A stretch of 64,000 nt of DNA from Blastocatellia bacterium (GCA_963765495.1 CAVXWP010000006.1:32001-96000), one strand, 5' to 3'; counted from the first letter of the stretch, positions 1-10,347 are shown. A program made the numbers and translations. Notes: generated by a model not told the origin, from the sequence alone.

Positions 1-1
1 C

Positions 2-1696
2 CGCACAAAGGTAACCGATCAGAACCTGCGCGCTTCATACTTTGCTTCGATAAGGGATTACTATGATCTGAAGGTTGATTTGCTTATGCAGTTGGCCCGG
101 CAACACCCGTCCGAAAATTACAAAGCCCTGGCCATAGAGGTTAGCGAGCGCGCGCGCGCACGAGGCTTGCTCGATTTGTTGACGGAAGCGCACGCCGATA
201 TACAAAGGGGGATCGCTCCTGACCTGCTCGCGCATGAGCGAGAGTTGCAGCGTCTGCTAAACGCCAAGGCATATCAAATCCAAATGTTCAGTAGCAAGGC
301 TACGGATGAGCAAAAAGCAGCAGTCAGCAAAGAAATGAATAAGTTGTTGGCGCAGTATCACGAAGTTCAAGCCCAGATTAGAACCACCAGCCCGCGATAT
401 GCAGCGCTGACTCAGCCCGAACCGCTTACTCTTAAAGAGATTCAACAACAGGTGCTCGACCCCGATACGATGCTTCTGGAATATTCGCTCGGCAATGAGC
501 GGAGTTATCTTTGGGCGGTCACGCAGGATTCGATTGCAAGTTATGAACTGCCTAAACGGGTGGAGATTGAATCGGTGGCCGAAAAGGTTAAGGAATTGCA
601 ACATCTGCCCGGCGAACCTACAAGTCAGTATCAGGCGCGAGCGGCGGGGGCAGATTCACAATTCCAAACGCAGGCGGCCCGTCTCTCTCAGATACTGCTT
701 GGCCCGGCTGCCATGGAACTTGGAAACAAGCGGCTCGTCATCGTGGTCGAGGGCATACTGCAATACATCTCTTTTTCAGCCCTGCCTGTGCCTGCGATAC
801 AGGAGACAGGGGGCAAAGGCCCGGAGTCGGCAACCATCCGGCCCCTGGCCCCCGGCCCCCGGCCCCCCTTGATCGCCGAGCACGAAGTCATCAGCCTTCC
901 ATCAGCATCTGCTCTGGCTGTGCTCAGGCGAGAGACATCCGGTCGCGCACCCGCGCTCAGGGCGGTTGCCGTGCTTGCCGACCCGGTGTTTGATAAGAAC
1001 GACCGAAGAGTCAAGTTGGCAGAACAAGAGGAGCTTGCTTATAAGAGAGAAGCCTCGCTGCCACCTGAACTTGGTCGCGCATTGAGAGACTTCGATGTCA
1101 GTCGCGAGGGAGAAAGCTTGCAGCGGTTGTCTTCCTCAAGAGAAGAGGCCGAAAAGATACTGTCGGTCACACCTGCTAAAGAGGGCTTTGAAGCTGTTGA
1201 TTTCAAAGCCAGCCGCGCAACCGTCGAAAGCACGATCCTGAGCCAGTTCCGCATAATCCATTTCGCCACTCACGGCCTGCTCAACAGCGAGCATCCCGAG
1301 CTGTCGGGCATAGTGCTCTCACTTGTAAACGAAAAGGGAGAGCCGCAAAACGGTTTTCTCCGCCTGCACGACATATATAACCTCAACCTGCCAGCCGAAC
1401 TCGTAGTGTTGAGCGCGTGCCAGACGGGACTTGGCAAGGACATACGCGGCGAAGGGCTTGTGGGGCTCACCCGTGGATTCATGTATGCCGGGGCCGAGCG
1501 CGTCGTGGCAAGTTTGTGGAAAGTAGACGACGTGGCTACATCGCAGTTGATGAAACTGTTTTATCAGGGTATGCTGCGAGAGGGATTACGCCCGGCGGCG
1601 GCGCTCAGAAAGGCGCAGGTAGAGATGCAGAGGCGCAAAAGGTGGGAAGCGCCCTACTATTGGGCAGCCTTCGTGCTGCAGGGCGAGTGGAAGTAA
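2..1696 (+). CDS. CHAT domain (caspase-like) protein, 5' end outside window
   Basis: Frame is open from base 2. CHAT catalytic motifs IHFATHG (His) and VVLSACQTGLG (Cys); typical C-terminus PYYWAAFVLQGEW. Confidence 0.9.
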   Translation, partial: RTKVTDQNLRASYFASIRDYYDLKVDLLMQLARQHPSENYKALAIEVSERARARGLLDLLTEAHADIQRGIAPDLLAHERELQRLLNAKAYQIQMFSSKATDEQKAAVSKEMNKLLAQYHEVQAQIRTTSPRYAALTQPEPLTLKEIQQQVLDPDTMLLEYSLGNERSYLWAVTQDSIASYELPKRVEIESVAEKVKELQHLPGEPTSQYQARAAGADSQFQTQAARLSQILLGPAAMELGNKRLVIVVEGILQYISFSALPVPAIQETGGKGPESATIRPLAPGPRPPLIAEHEVISLPSASALAVLRRETSGRAPALRAVAVLADPVFDKNDRRVKLAEQEELAYKREASLPPELGRALRDFDVSREGESLQRLSSSREEAEKILSVTPAKEGFEAVDFKASRATVESTILSQFRIIHFATHGLLNSEHPELSGIVLSLVNEKGEPQNGFLRLHDIYNLNLPAELVVLSACQTGLGKDIRGEGLVGLTRGFMYAGAERVVASLWKVDDVATSQLMKLFYQGMLREGLRPAAALRKAQVEMQRRKRWEAPYYWAAFVLQGEWK

Positions 1697-1715
1697 AAGG
1701 AATGATTCCTGGCAG

Positions 1716-2360
1716 TTGAGCTTAAAGCCGTCATCATCGGAGCTTCTATTCAAAACAAGCATTAGGAGCAGCAAGAACTTGGACTCCTTGTCTTCCCGAA
1801 AGAGACAGTGGTTCCTCACCCAAGAGGCTTTCAATAACTTGCTTGCCCGCCTTGACGTTGATCGGGAGCGGGCGGGCGAGATATATGAGCTTATTCGGCG
1901 CAAGCTTGTAAAATTCTTTGAATGGCGTGGATGCCACCTTCCCGAAGACCTGGTAGATGAAACTATCAATCGCGTAACCCGTCGCCTCGAAGAAGGCGAA
2001 AACCTGCATGATCTGCAAAACTATTTTTACGGTGTGGCCCGCCTGGTCTTTTTAGAGAAACTGAAGGAGCAAAAGAAAGTCGAGCGAGCGCTCAATCAAC
2101 AACCGCCGCCTCTTATTGCTCCCGATGACGACAATCGGGGTGATTTGCGGCTCGCCTGCTTTGAGGCATGTTTGCAGAAGCTCCCAACCGAGCACCGCGA
2201 TCTTATAATCAAGTACTATCAACAGGAAAAACGCGCAAAAATAGATAACCGCAGGGCTCTGGCCGATAAGATGGGCGTGCCACTCAACACGCTGCGTGTC
2301 AGAACTCACCGTATCAGAGAGAACCTCGAGAAATGTGTTAATAATTGCATAAGCCGATGA
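1716..2360 (+). CDS. ECF-type sigma-70 family RNA polymerase sigma factor (start uncertain)
   Basis: Region-2-like EDLVDETINRV...YFYGVAR and region-4-like CLQKLPTEHRDLI...LADKMGVPLNTLRVRTHRIRENL. Confidence 0.8.
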   Translation: MSLKPSSSELLFKTSIRSSKNLDSLSSRKRQWFLTQEAFNNLLARLDVDRERAGEIYELIRRKLVKFFEWRGCHLPEDLVDETINRVTRRLEEGENLHDLQNYFYGVARLVFLEKLKEQKKVERALNQQPPPLIAPDDDNRGDLRLACFEACLQKLPTEHRDLIIKYYQQEKRAKIDNRRALADKMGVPLNTLRVRTHRIRENLEKCVNNCISR

Positions 2361-2385
2361 CGTAGAGCGAAACGAATTCAATATA

Positions 2386-3408
2386 TTGTCACATGTAAGT
2401 AACAGGAGAGTGGTTGAAATATTGGCGGAAGATGCGCAAAAACGATATATGATGACTCGTCATCTGCTCGGTGACCTGAGCGAAGAGGAGCAGGTCATGC
2501 TCGAAGAAGACTTTTTCGCAAACGATGAACTGTTTGAAGAGTTTCTGATTGCAGAAGAAGATCTGATTGACGATTACGTGCGCGGGAATCTTTCAGAAGA
2601 CGACCGCGAGCTATTCGAGAAAAAGTTCCTGGCCTCTCAAGAGCGACGCGACAGGGTCGAGTTTGCAAGGCTGCTGGTGACGCCTCAAAAGCAGACGCCA
2701 AAAAAAACAACTCCCGCGCCCGCCCGCCCGGAGTCACGTTCCCGGAACTGGTTCTGGTCGGCCTTGTGGCCCGCTCAAAATCGGGGTCTGGGCCTGGCAC
2801 TGGCGGCGATTGTTCTGGCTTTAGCCGTTGGCGGAGTGTGGATGATATTCGAGACTGCGCGGTTGCGAAATCTAATCAGCCAGGAGCGCGCCCACCAGAC
2901 CGAGCAACAGCAAGAGTTCGAACAGCAGCGCCAGCAGCAGCGCGAGCGAAACGAGCAGTTGAGCGCCGCCCTTGAGCGTGAACGCAATGAGCGCAGTCGG
3001 CTCGAACAGGAATTAGCCCGATTGCAATCCACCAATCCGACTATCGGGGGGCCGCCTAGCGGTTCCGACATATATCCGGCTTTGCTGACAAACAGGCTGG
3101 TAAGAGGTGAAAGCAATGCTCAGAAACTGATCATACCGGCGGGGACCAAACAGGTCCGGCTGAGTGTCAACCTTGAGCCGGATGATTATAAGAGCTATCA
3201 GGCGGTGCTTCAGACCGCCGAAGGCGATGAGATCAGAAAACTGGACAATCTCAAGGCGCGACAGAGCGCCGGAAACAAAGTGCTTTCCCTCACGTTACCC
3301 GCCAACCTTCTGGCAGATGGAACATACAATCTGACTCTGCGCGGCGTCACCGCCGATGGAGAGTCAGAACCCCTAGCATCTTATCTTTTCGCGGTCTCGA
3401 AAAAATGA
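2386..3408 (+). CDS. Putative transmembrane anti-sigma factor (start possibly 2449)
   Basis: Directly after the ECF sigma gene. N-terminal HLLGDLSEEE...DDYVRGNLS domain, one TM helix, coiled coil, C-terminal beta-rich domain. Confidence 0.65.
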   Translation: MSHVSNRRVVEILAEDAQKRYMMTRHLLGDLSEEEQVMLEEDFFANDELFEEFLIAEEDLIDDYVRGNLSEDDRELFEKKFLASQERRDRVEFARLLVTPQKQTPKKTTPAPARPESRSRNWFWSALWPAQNRGLGLALAAIVLALAVGGVWMIFETARLRNLISQERAHQTEQQQEFEQQRQQQRERNEQLSAALERERNERSRLEQELARLQSTNPTIGGPPSGSDIYPALLTNRLVRGESNAQKLIIPAGTKQVRLSVNLEPDDYKSYQAVLQTAEGDEIRKLDNLKARQSAGNKVLSLTLPANLLADGTYNLTLRGVTADGESEPLASYLFAVSKK

Positions 3409-3430
3409 TCCCTTAAAGCGGATTGCGACT

Positions 3431-3651
3431 CAGGGCCATTCAGTTTTTGAGTAGCGGACAACAGACGGAAGAAATGTTAAAAGTTGTATTCAAGCAAAGG
3501 CGAGTTGAAATAGGCCGGGACGGACGCGGATGCGGCGGATTTTCGCGGATCTGATCCAATTAGGTTTAATCCGCGTAAATCCGCCGCATCCGCGTCCGTC
3601 CCGGCCTATTCCCAGTTTCCTTATCTACACTTTGAAAACTGAATGGCCCTG
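3431..3651. mobile_element. MITE family A, copy 1
   Basis: TIRs CAGGGCCATTCAGTTTT / AAAACTGAATGGCCCTG; 9-bp direct repeat ATTGCGACT at 3422-3430 and 3652-3660; long internal GCGGAT-rich palindrome; no transposase. Confidence 0.85.
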
Positions 3652-3676
3652 ATTGCGACTGGTGACCAAAAAAGAA

Positions 3677-3716
3677 ACCACGAAATACGCGGACAATTTC
3701 GTGTATTTCGTGGTTA
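3677..3716. repeat. CACGAAATA-type palindromic repeat
   Basis: AACCACGAAATACGC...GTGTATTTCGTGGTT inverted repeat; a related motif lies inside the MITE at 56759-56902. Confidence 0.65.
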
Positions 3717-3735
3717 TATTTCTGTGCAATTTGCT

Positions 3736-5478
3736 CTATTTTTTCTCTTTCGGACCCAGGGCAAAAGACGGATCGCGGAAGACCTCTTTTCCTTCAAGCA
3801 ATGTGAGAAGGACTCGCGCCTCGTGAATCCGGTGCGCGGCAGTCTCGAAAAGATTGCGATCAACGACTATCAAATCCGCGGCTTTGCCTGTTTCGATAGA
3901 GCCTGTCCTGTTCTCATCAAAAGCCAGATACGCGCCGTTGATTGTGTAGCTCGCAAGTATTGTGGGCAAATCCACGACCTCTTCGGGAATCCAGGCGGGG
4001 CCGGGTCCTTCCTCAAGCCCGCGACGAGTGAGGGCCACTTGAATGGCATCGAGCGGATTCATCGACGACACGGACCAATCGCTTCCCGCTGCTATGATCG
4101 CGCCGGTCTTTGCAAGGCTTTCAATAGGGTAGAGCCAGCGCGAACGCGCAGGCCCGAGCACAGGCTCGGTCAACTTTGTGATGTAAGTATCGGCGTAGGC
4201 CCACAACGGTTGAAAGTTGGCAATTACGCCCAGGCGACGGAAGCGCGGCAAATCCTCGGGGTCGATAAGCTCCAGATGCGCTATGTGATGACGGCTTTCG
4301 CGGGTGCCGTTTATCCGGCGAGCCTGCTCGAAGGCGTCGAGAGCCATTCTGATTGCGCGGTCGCCTATGGCGTGAACGTGAATCTGAAACCCTTCGCCGT
4401 CAAGCGCCACGACCAGCCGGTTGAATGTTTCCGGTTCCAGATTGGCTTTGCCCCGTTCTGTGCCCCCTCCCAGATAGGGCTCAAGCAAGGCCGCCGTGTG
4501 CGCCTCTATCACACCATCTGCAAAAATCTTGACCGCAGAGGCGCGCAGATTGTGCCCCTGATACTTTTTGCGCAATCCCAGGAGGTGAGGAATCTGCTCA
4601 AGCCCTTTTGCCGGGTCTACGTGGATTGCCGCCACAACGCGAGCAGACAACTCGCCGCGCCGATCAAGTTCGGCGTAGGCTTTCAGTATATTCTCGTCAT
4701 CGGCATTAGCCTCCTGCAACGCGGTGATGCCGAAACGATTCGCCATTTCAAGCGCTCGCCTCAGACCCTCGATGTAGTCTTCCAGTTTGTAAGCGGGCAG
4801 ATGCGAGGCCACGAGGCTCATGGCGGATTCTCGAAGCGTGCCGGAAGGCTCGCCCGTTTTCGGATCGCGCTCGATGCGTCCGTTTGGCGGGTCAGGCGTG
4901 TCTCTGGTTATCCCTGCCGCCTCAAGCGCCCGCGAATTAACCCACGCCGAGTGACCGTCTGCGGCAGAGAGAAAAACGGGGCGGTCGGGGACGATTTTAT
5001 CAAGCAGCGACTTGTGCGGATTGCCGTCAGAAAAGACGGGCAGTTCCCAGCCGCTGCCTCGAATCCACGGCTTTTGAGGGTTTTGCTCACTGTACCGGCG
5101 TATGGCTTCAAGCACCTGCTCTTCGGTCGTAAGACCTTCGCCGAGATAACACTCGCTCAAATCGATGCCGCTCGTCACCGGATGCACATGCGAATCGTGG
5201 AAGCCGGGCAGCACCATCTTGCCCTGCAAATCTATAACGCGAGTCGAGGGGCCTATCCACCTGGACGCGCCGCTGTCGGTCCCCACATAAACTATCTGCC
5301 CGCCTGTTATGGCTACGGCTTCGGCCCACGAACGCACGGACGAGAGCGTATAAACAGCGCCGCCTCGCAGAACGAGTTCGGCCTGCACGGGCCGGGTTTG
5401 CGGTCGCGGCGAAAAGTTGAGCGATAAGCAGGCAAGCGCTACAACGACCAGCCGCCGCCAGTACTGGATTGTTGGCAT
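3736..5478 (-). CDS. Amidohydrolase family 3 (YtcJ-like), secreted
   Basis: PGFHDSHVH, VHAIGDRA, HIAHLE and GSDWSV motifs; signal-peptide-like N-terminus. Confidence 0.9.
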   Translation of the reverse strand: MPTIQYWRRLVVVALACLSLNFSPRPQTRPVQAELVLRGGAVYTLSSVRSWAEAVAITGGQIVYVGTDSGASRWIGPSTRVIDLQGKMVLPGFHDSHVHPVTSGIDLSECYLGEGLTTEEQVLEAIRRYSEQNPQKPWIRGSGWELPVFSDGNPHKSLLDKIVPDRPVFLSAADGHSAWVNSRALEAAGITRDTPDPPNGRIERDPKTGEPSGTLRESAMSLVASHLPAYKLEDYIEGLRRALEMANRFGITALQEANADDENILKAYAELDRRGELSARVVAAIHVDPAKGLEQIPHLLGLRKKYQGHNLRASAVKIFADGVIEAHTAALLEPYLGGGTERGKANLEPETFNRLVVALDGEGFQIHVHAIGDRAIRMALDAFEQARRINGTRESRHHIAHLELIDPEDLPRFRRLGVIANFQPLWAYADTYITKLTEPVLGPARSRWLYPIESLAKTGAIIAAGSDWSVSSMNPLDAIQVALTRRGLEEGPGPAWIPEEVVDLPTILASYTINGAYLAFDENRTGSIETGKAADLIVVDRNLFETAAHRIHEARVLLTLLEGKEVFRDPSFALGPKEKK

Positions 5479-5510
5479 AAGGCTCCTCTTTGAGAGGGAA
5501 TCGGATTTCA

Positions 5511-5593
5511 GACAGGGATTTACAGGATTAGATAGGATTCTACAAGATTTATTTTTAATCTTGCCTAATCCTTATAAATCCTGTTGATCCTGT
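5511..5593. repeat. ACAGGATT-type palindromic repeat
   Basis: ACAGGATT units followed by AATCCTGT units; related copies at 30591-30642 and 63151-63230. Confidence 0.7.
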
Positions 5594-5607
5594 ATTCTCT
5601 TCACGCG

Positions 5608-6981
5608 TCAGCCATTACTCGCGCCGGTTCGCTTATCGTTTATGCCCAGAGCTTTCATGCGGCGGTAGAGATGAGAGCGGTCTATGCCCATAGCTTCCGC
5701 TGTGCGAGTGATGTTGCCGTCACATTCGCCGAGCTTGCGTATGATGTAGTTTCGCTCGTAGGCGTCGCGCCCGTCGCGATAGGAAGCAAAGTTGTAGCGG
5801 GAAGGAGCAGCCGCGCATTCCGATGAACCCTGCGGAGGCAGATCATCGGCCGCGATAAGTTCTTTCGTGTTCATGATGACCACCCGCTCGACGGTGTTTT
5901 TAAGCTCGCGGACATTGCCCGGCCAATTATAATCGGCCAGGCGTTCGAGCGCGTCATCGGTAAAGACCTTTGCCGCGCGCTTGTAGCTGATAGAAAATTT
6001 GCGATTGAAATGATCAACCAGCGAGGGTATGTCTTCGCTGCGCTCGCGCAGGGAAGGTACTTCGAAAGGGATGACGTTGAGGCGATAAAAGAGGTCGGCT
6101 CGAAAGGTGCCTCGCTCGATCTCTTCGTCAAGTCGTTTGTTGGTTGCGGCTATAATCCTGACATCAACCTTGATCGAAGTGTTCGACCCGACGGCTTCGA
6201 AACGCTGCTCTTCGAGTACGCGAAGCACCTTGGCCTGTACCTTGAGGCTCATATCGCCCACTTCATCAAGCAGCAGGGTTCCGCCGTCGCTCTGCTCAAA
6301 CTTGCCGCGCTTGGCCTGCGTGGCTCCGGTAAACGCGCCCTTGGTGTGGCCAAAGAGTTCGGATTCAATAAGCTCTTCGGGGATGGCGGCGCAGTTAAGC
6401 TCGACAAAAGACATGGAGGCGCGCTGCGATTCGCGGTGAATGGCGCGGGCCACAAGCTCCTTTCCTGTGCCCGATTCGCCGTAGATGAGAATGCGACCGC
6501 CGGTCGGCGCTGCGATGGCGATCTGCTGACGAAGCGCACGCATAGGCACGCTTTCGCCTATCATCACATAATCGTCTTCGACCTGTTCTCGGAGTCGTCG
6601 ATTATCGGCTTCAAGCTGTCGCTGTCGCAGGGCATTGCGAATAGCGAGAACCGTGCGCTCTATCTGAAACGGTTTTTCTATAAAATCGAGCGCGCCGAGT
6701 CGCGTAGCCCGCACCGCCGTTTCGATGTTGCCGTGACCGCTGATCATAATCACGGCCGTCTCAGGATAGCTCTTTTTGAGCCGTTCGAGAGTCTCTATGC
6801 CATCCATTCCCGGCAGCCACACATCAAGCAAGACGCAACCAAAGATGCGGCGCTCGAAAAGCGCCAGGCAGGCTTCGCCCGAATCGGCAGTCTCGACTGC
6901 CAGCCCTTCGTCTTCAAGCACTCCGGCCAGCGCCTGCCTTATTCCTTCTTCATCGTCTACGACAAGAACCGAGTTGGGCAT
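5608..6981 (-). CDS. Sigma-54-dependent response regulator (NtrX-like: REC-AAA+-Fis HTH)
   Basis: VLVVDDEE receiver domain, GESGTGKELVA, ESELFGHTKGAFTGA, WPGNVREL, C-terminal HTH. Start taken at ATG 6981 because the upstream ORF extension is repeat-derived. Confidence 0.9.
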   Translation of the reverse strand: MPNSVLVVDDEEGIRQALAGVLEDEGLAVETADSGEACLALFERRIFGCVLLDVWLPGMDGIETLERLKKSYPETAVIMISGHGNIETAVRATRLGALDFIEKPFQIERTVLAIRNALRQRQLEADNRRLREQVEDDYVMIGESVPMRALRQQIAIAAPTGGRILIYGESGTGKELVARAIHRESQRASMSFVELNCAAIPEELIESELFGHTKGAFTGATQAKRGKFEQSDGGTLLLDEVGDMSLKVQAKVLRVLEEQRFEAVGSNTSIKVDVRIIAATNKRLDEEIERGTFRADLFYRLNVIPFEVPSLRERSEDIPSLVDHFNRKFSISYKRAAKVFTDDALERLADYNWPGNVRELKNTVERVVIMNTKELIAADDLPPQGSSECAAAPSRYNFASYRDGRDAYERNYIIRKLGECDGNITRTAEAMGIDRSHLYRRMKALGINDKRTGASNG

Positions 6982-7006
6982 AGGTATTTGGATTTGAGAT
7001 TTGAAT

Positions 7007-7087
7007 AAGTTTTGAATTATGAGTTTTGAGTTTTGAATTAAAATCAGATATCGGCATTCAAAACTCAAAACTCATAATTCAAAACTT
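7007..7087. repeat. Perfect 32-bp inverted repeat built of TTTTGAR heptamers
   Basis: 7007-7038 AAGTTTTGAATTATGAGTTTTGAGTTTTGAAT is the exact reverse complement of 7056-7087. Confidence 0.9.
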
Positions 7088-7091
7088 AAAA

Positions 7092-8315
7092 CTAATCACG
7101 TTTGGGCGGCAGCCCGAGAATAACCTTTTCAAACGTGTCGAGATCGAGCCGCAGCATGTCGCCTGCGTCTGAGAAAATCTCTCGCTGTCGCTTGCGCCGC
7201 TTCAGGAAAATCGTTGTGCCGAACAGTGCGCCTCCGACCAGCGCGGTCGTCATAACAAGTCCGATTAAGGAGAAGGTCGAAAGCAACATCTCGGCGGCCT
7301 TCTCTGCCTGGAAAGGGTCATTCGTGGGCAACAGTGGGTTTCGCAGCCACTTCACTCCGTAAGGATACTCGATTGAATCCACCAGCCGGGCGGCCACCTC
7401 GCGGTCCTGAAAACCGGTCGCCTCGACTATATAATTACCCTGGCGTTTTAAAACTATGCCGTTGCGCTCGTCATCGGATACCGTATCGAGATAGGCACTC
7501 GCCTGTTTCATCGCATCGGTAGCAAACTGCGGCGTGTTGTACTCGATGATGACGATTTTCATCGGCGGCGCGCTCGCGCCTTCGACCGGAGCCTGAGCAT
7601 AGTAGGCCATTGCCGCTTCGGCCTTGCCGGCAAAAGGAAACATATCGCGGCTGTGTTCGACGAACTGACCGAGAGCATCAGGGCCGAGGAAGTATCGCTC
7701 GCTTGAAGCAACCATCGATTCATCGGGGAGGCTCTCCATCACAAGAGGGCGTCTGTCATCGTGACGAGCCGCAACTATATTATTTGCAATCGCGGAGGCC
7801 AGCTTCTTATAAGTGGCCGTTGCCCCCTTTTGCCCGCCTGCCGAAATCACCCGCACGAAATAGATGTCTTTCCAGAAAACAATCGCGCCCGGCAACACGG
7901 CACCACCCGCTCCGATGTTTTCTGGCTCGGGGATAGCGGCAGCCGCGCCGGAGTTGTAGGTAAACAGACCGAAGGCCGCAAATGGAGTCTCGGTCTGAAA
8001 TATATCTACACGCGCGCCTCCGTACTGCCGCGAGGCGGCTTGCGTAACCAGATATTCTTGAAAAATACCTGTTTGTTCCCCTGTCAGCGCCGCAAGCTTT
8101 CCGGTTCCGTACTGACTGATTTCCGTTGTCGCCTTCGCGCCTGCGAGTCTATCGAGCAATAGATCCGCTGTGGAGCGTGTGTGTGCGACCGGGGCCACAT
8201 CGGATACGATTACCGGCTTGTCGTTTGAAGGTTGCTCGCCGCCGCGAGCGCCGCTTGCGGCGGCGAGCAATAATAAAAACGCAGCAAAAATTGAGACTCT
8301 CTTTCGATACTTCAT
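7092..8315 (-). CDS. Exported, membrane-anchored hypothetical protein (DUF6599-like)
   Basis: Signal peptide, AAFGLFTY and IVFWKDIYFVRV motifs, C-terminal TM helix. Confidence 0.6.
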   Translation of the reverse strand: MKYRKRVSIFAAFLLLLAAASGARGGEQPSNDKPVIVSDVAPVAHTRSTADLLLDRLAGAKATTEISQYGTGKLAALTGEQTGIFQEYLVTQAASRQYGGARVDIFQTETPFAAFGLFTYNSGAAAAIPEPENIGAGGAVLPGAIVFWKDIYFVRVISAGGQKGATATYKKLASAIANNIVAARHDDRRPLVMESLPDESMVASSERYFLGPDALGQFVEHSRDMFPFAGKAEAAMAYYAQAPVEGASAPPMKIVIIEYNTPQFATDAMKQASAYLDTVSDDERNGIVLKRQGNYIVEATGFQDREVAARLVDSIEYPYGVKWLRNPLLPTNDPFQAEKAAEMLLSTFSLIGLVMTTALVGGALFGTTIFLKRRKRQREIFSDAGDMLRLDLDTFEKVILGLPPKRD

Positions 8316-8373
8316 CTGGTTCTTCCCTGAATCATATTTTACAACATAAAAATTAGACCCCGCCCGGCCCGAT

Positions 8374-9027
8374 TCAGTTCCGGCGGCGCAGCTGGCTCAA
8401 AATCATGTCGGCGTAGCGGTCCGGGTGATGGACCTCATCAAGGTGTATGCGGCCCGTCTCTGATGCACTGTCTATAACGATGTCGCCCAGTTTCATAAAA
8501 CGCTGAAAGACCGAAGCCGTCACGGTCACATCCTGAATATTTCGCAACGGGATGTTGCGCACAGTCTTTGCTATCAACCCGTAGCTCATTTCAAGCTTGT
8601 GACTTGTGAGCGTGTAGACCTCGCGCCGCCTGAGAATGTGTTTATAAACCGGGACGGCAAAAGCAAGCATCCCCGTAGCGAGGATCGTAAAGAATGCGAT
8701 CTGCCCCGTGATAATTTCGGGTTTCCAATTGTTCATGAGACCCATCACGGCCGCAATCGCAATAAGAATCATCACGGCCAGAGCGTACCACATTGCCACG
8801 TAAACGAGCGTGGGACGGAGCGTGAAAATCACCTCTTCGTCCACCATCTCACCGGGCGCAAAGGCGGAAGCCCCGACCTGTCTGGCCTGCGAAGAGAGCA
8901 CGTCCGCTCCTGTCAGAGGACCGAGATTGCGCTCGGCCTGACCGCTCCCGGCCCCAACCACAGCGCCGCAGAAATTGCAAAAACGGCTTCCATCGGGAAG
9001 CCCCTGACCACATTGATTGCAAAACAT
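8374..9027 (-). CDS. Zinc-ribbon plus bacterial PH (bPH_2) domain membrane protein
   Basis: MFCNQCG...FCNFCG ribbon, two TM helices, YTLTSHKL...IPLRNIQDV PH-like segment. Confidence 0.8.
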   Translation of the reverse strand: MFCNQCGQGLPDGSRFCNFCGAVVGAGSGQAERNLGPLTGADVLSSQARQVGASAFAPGEMVDEEVIFTLRPTLVYVAMWYALAVMILIAIAAVMGLMNNWKPEIITGQIAFFTILATGMLAFAVPVYKHILRRREVYTLTSHKLEMSYGLIAKTVRNIPLRNIQDVTVTASVFQRFMKLGDIVIDSASETGRIHLDEVHHPDRYADMILSQLRRRN

Positions 9028-9336
9028 ATTCTCATCCGTGAGCAATCATCAAAATAATCTCTACCCTGTGTGGGCCGAATCAACACTCGGGTCGCAATAA
9101 TCGGGCGGAACCTCTTACAAAACCGGAACCCGCTCAAAGATTGCGAGGCCTGCCAGAATTTTATCACAGCAACCTGCCCGGAGATAAGAAGCCTCCGCCG
9201 CAACGCAAAATCGCTATGAGAACGGGTGGGAAGAGACCGCGCCCCATCAAAGATAAATAAAGCAGGCAAACAAACTATCGACTGGTTTGCATCGTAACCT
9301 ATAATGTATTACGGCCTTTCTTTGAGAGGTAAACAA

Positions 9337-10347
9337 ATGAGTGAAGCAGCAAATGACAAGGAAAATCAGATGCAGGCAGCGCTTGCGAAGATAACCGGCA
9401 GAGTGACGCGCAAACGCCTTGCCTATTGGATGCGGATGGCCGGTATGATCACATTAGGCACGGCCGGGTCGCTCACCTTGCTGATCGGCGCGGCGAGTTA
9501 TCCGCTTTCGGAATTGCTTATTCGTCCGAGGCTCAAGCGCCTTTTGCATCTGAAAAGCCCGCACCTGAGACGTTTGATAGAGCGTTTGAGGATCGAGTTT
9601 GAAGATGTGATAATCCGGTCATTCGATGGAACGCGGCTCTGCGGATGGTGGATGCAAGCGGGGGAATCGGCTCCTACCGTAATCGTGTTGCACGGCGTAA
9701 AGAAGAATCGCACGGATGTATTGCGCACGGCGTTGATGCTCAGACAAACCGGGTTCAATGTTCTCATCCTGGACGGGCGCGCCCACGGAAACAGCGAAGG
9801 CCGCTTTGTCACCTACGGATTTAACGAAAGGCGCGATGTTGAGACGGTCATCGAGTGGCTGATTGCGGAAAAAGGGATCGATAGAGATTTGATCGGGCTT
9901 GCAGGAGAATCAATGGGCGCGGCAATCGCCTTACAGGTAGCGGCTCATCATTCGTGGATAAAGGCGGTCTGGGCCGACAGCCCGTTCGCTTCCTTGCGCC
10001 GCATAGCCTCGGAGTACGTTCGCCGCGTGACGGGTCTACCCGATTCGGTCCTGACCCCTGTGTTGTGGACTACGCTCAGAGTAGCCAATTACCGTGGCAA
10101 ATTCGATGTTGATCTGGTTGATCCCCTGAAGATGGCGGCAAAGATACAGGCGCCCGTCTTTTTAGTGCATGGCACGGCCGATCAGTTGATTGAAACCGAG
10201 CATTCAAAAAATATCTACGACGCGCTTTCGGGCAAAAAGGAGCTATGGTTTGTCGAAGGCGCGCGCCACGCCAGATGCGCCCGTTTCGCCAAGCAGGAAT
10301 ACGGCGACCGCGTGACCCGATTCTTCCTTGAAAACCTGAAGAAGTAA
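9337..10347 (+). CDS. Alpha/beta hydrolase
   Basis: VIVLHG, DGRAHGNSEG, nucleophile elbow GESMG, VHGTAD, GARH. Confidence 0.9.
   Translation: MSEAANDKENQMQAALAKITGRVTRKRLAYWMRMAGMITLGTAGSLTLLIGAASYPLSELLIRPRLKRLLHLKSPHLRRLIERLRIEFEDVIIRSFDGTRLCGWWMQAGESAPTVIVLHGVKKNRTDVLRTALMLRQTGFNVLILDGRAHGNSEGRFVTYGFNERRDVETVIEWLIAEKGIDRDLIGLAGESMGAAIALQVAAHHSWIKAVWADSPFASLRRIASEYVRRVTGLPDSVLTPVLWTTLRVANYRGKFDVDLVDPLKMAAKIQAPVFLVHGTADQLIETEHSKNIYDALSGKKELWFVEGARHARCARFAKQEYGDRVTRFFLENLKK

Noticed and set aside
3643-5427. 594-aa plus-strand ORF
   Set aside because: Antisense shadow of the amidohydrolase; no motifs.
6010-7008. 332-aa plus-strand ORF
   Set aside because: Shadow of the sigma-54 regulator.
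6982-7068. N-terminal extension of the response regulator ORF
   Set aside because: Derived from the heptamer inverted repeat; the receiver domain starts at ATG 6981.
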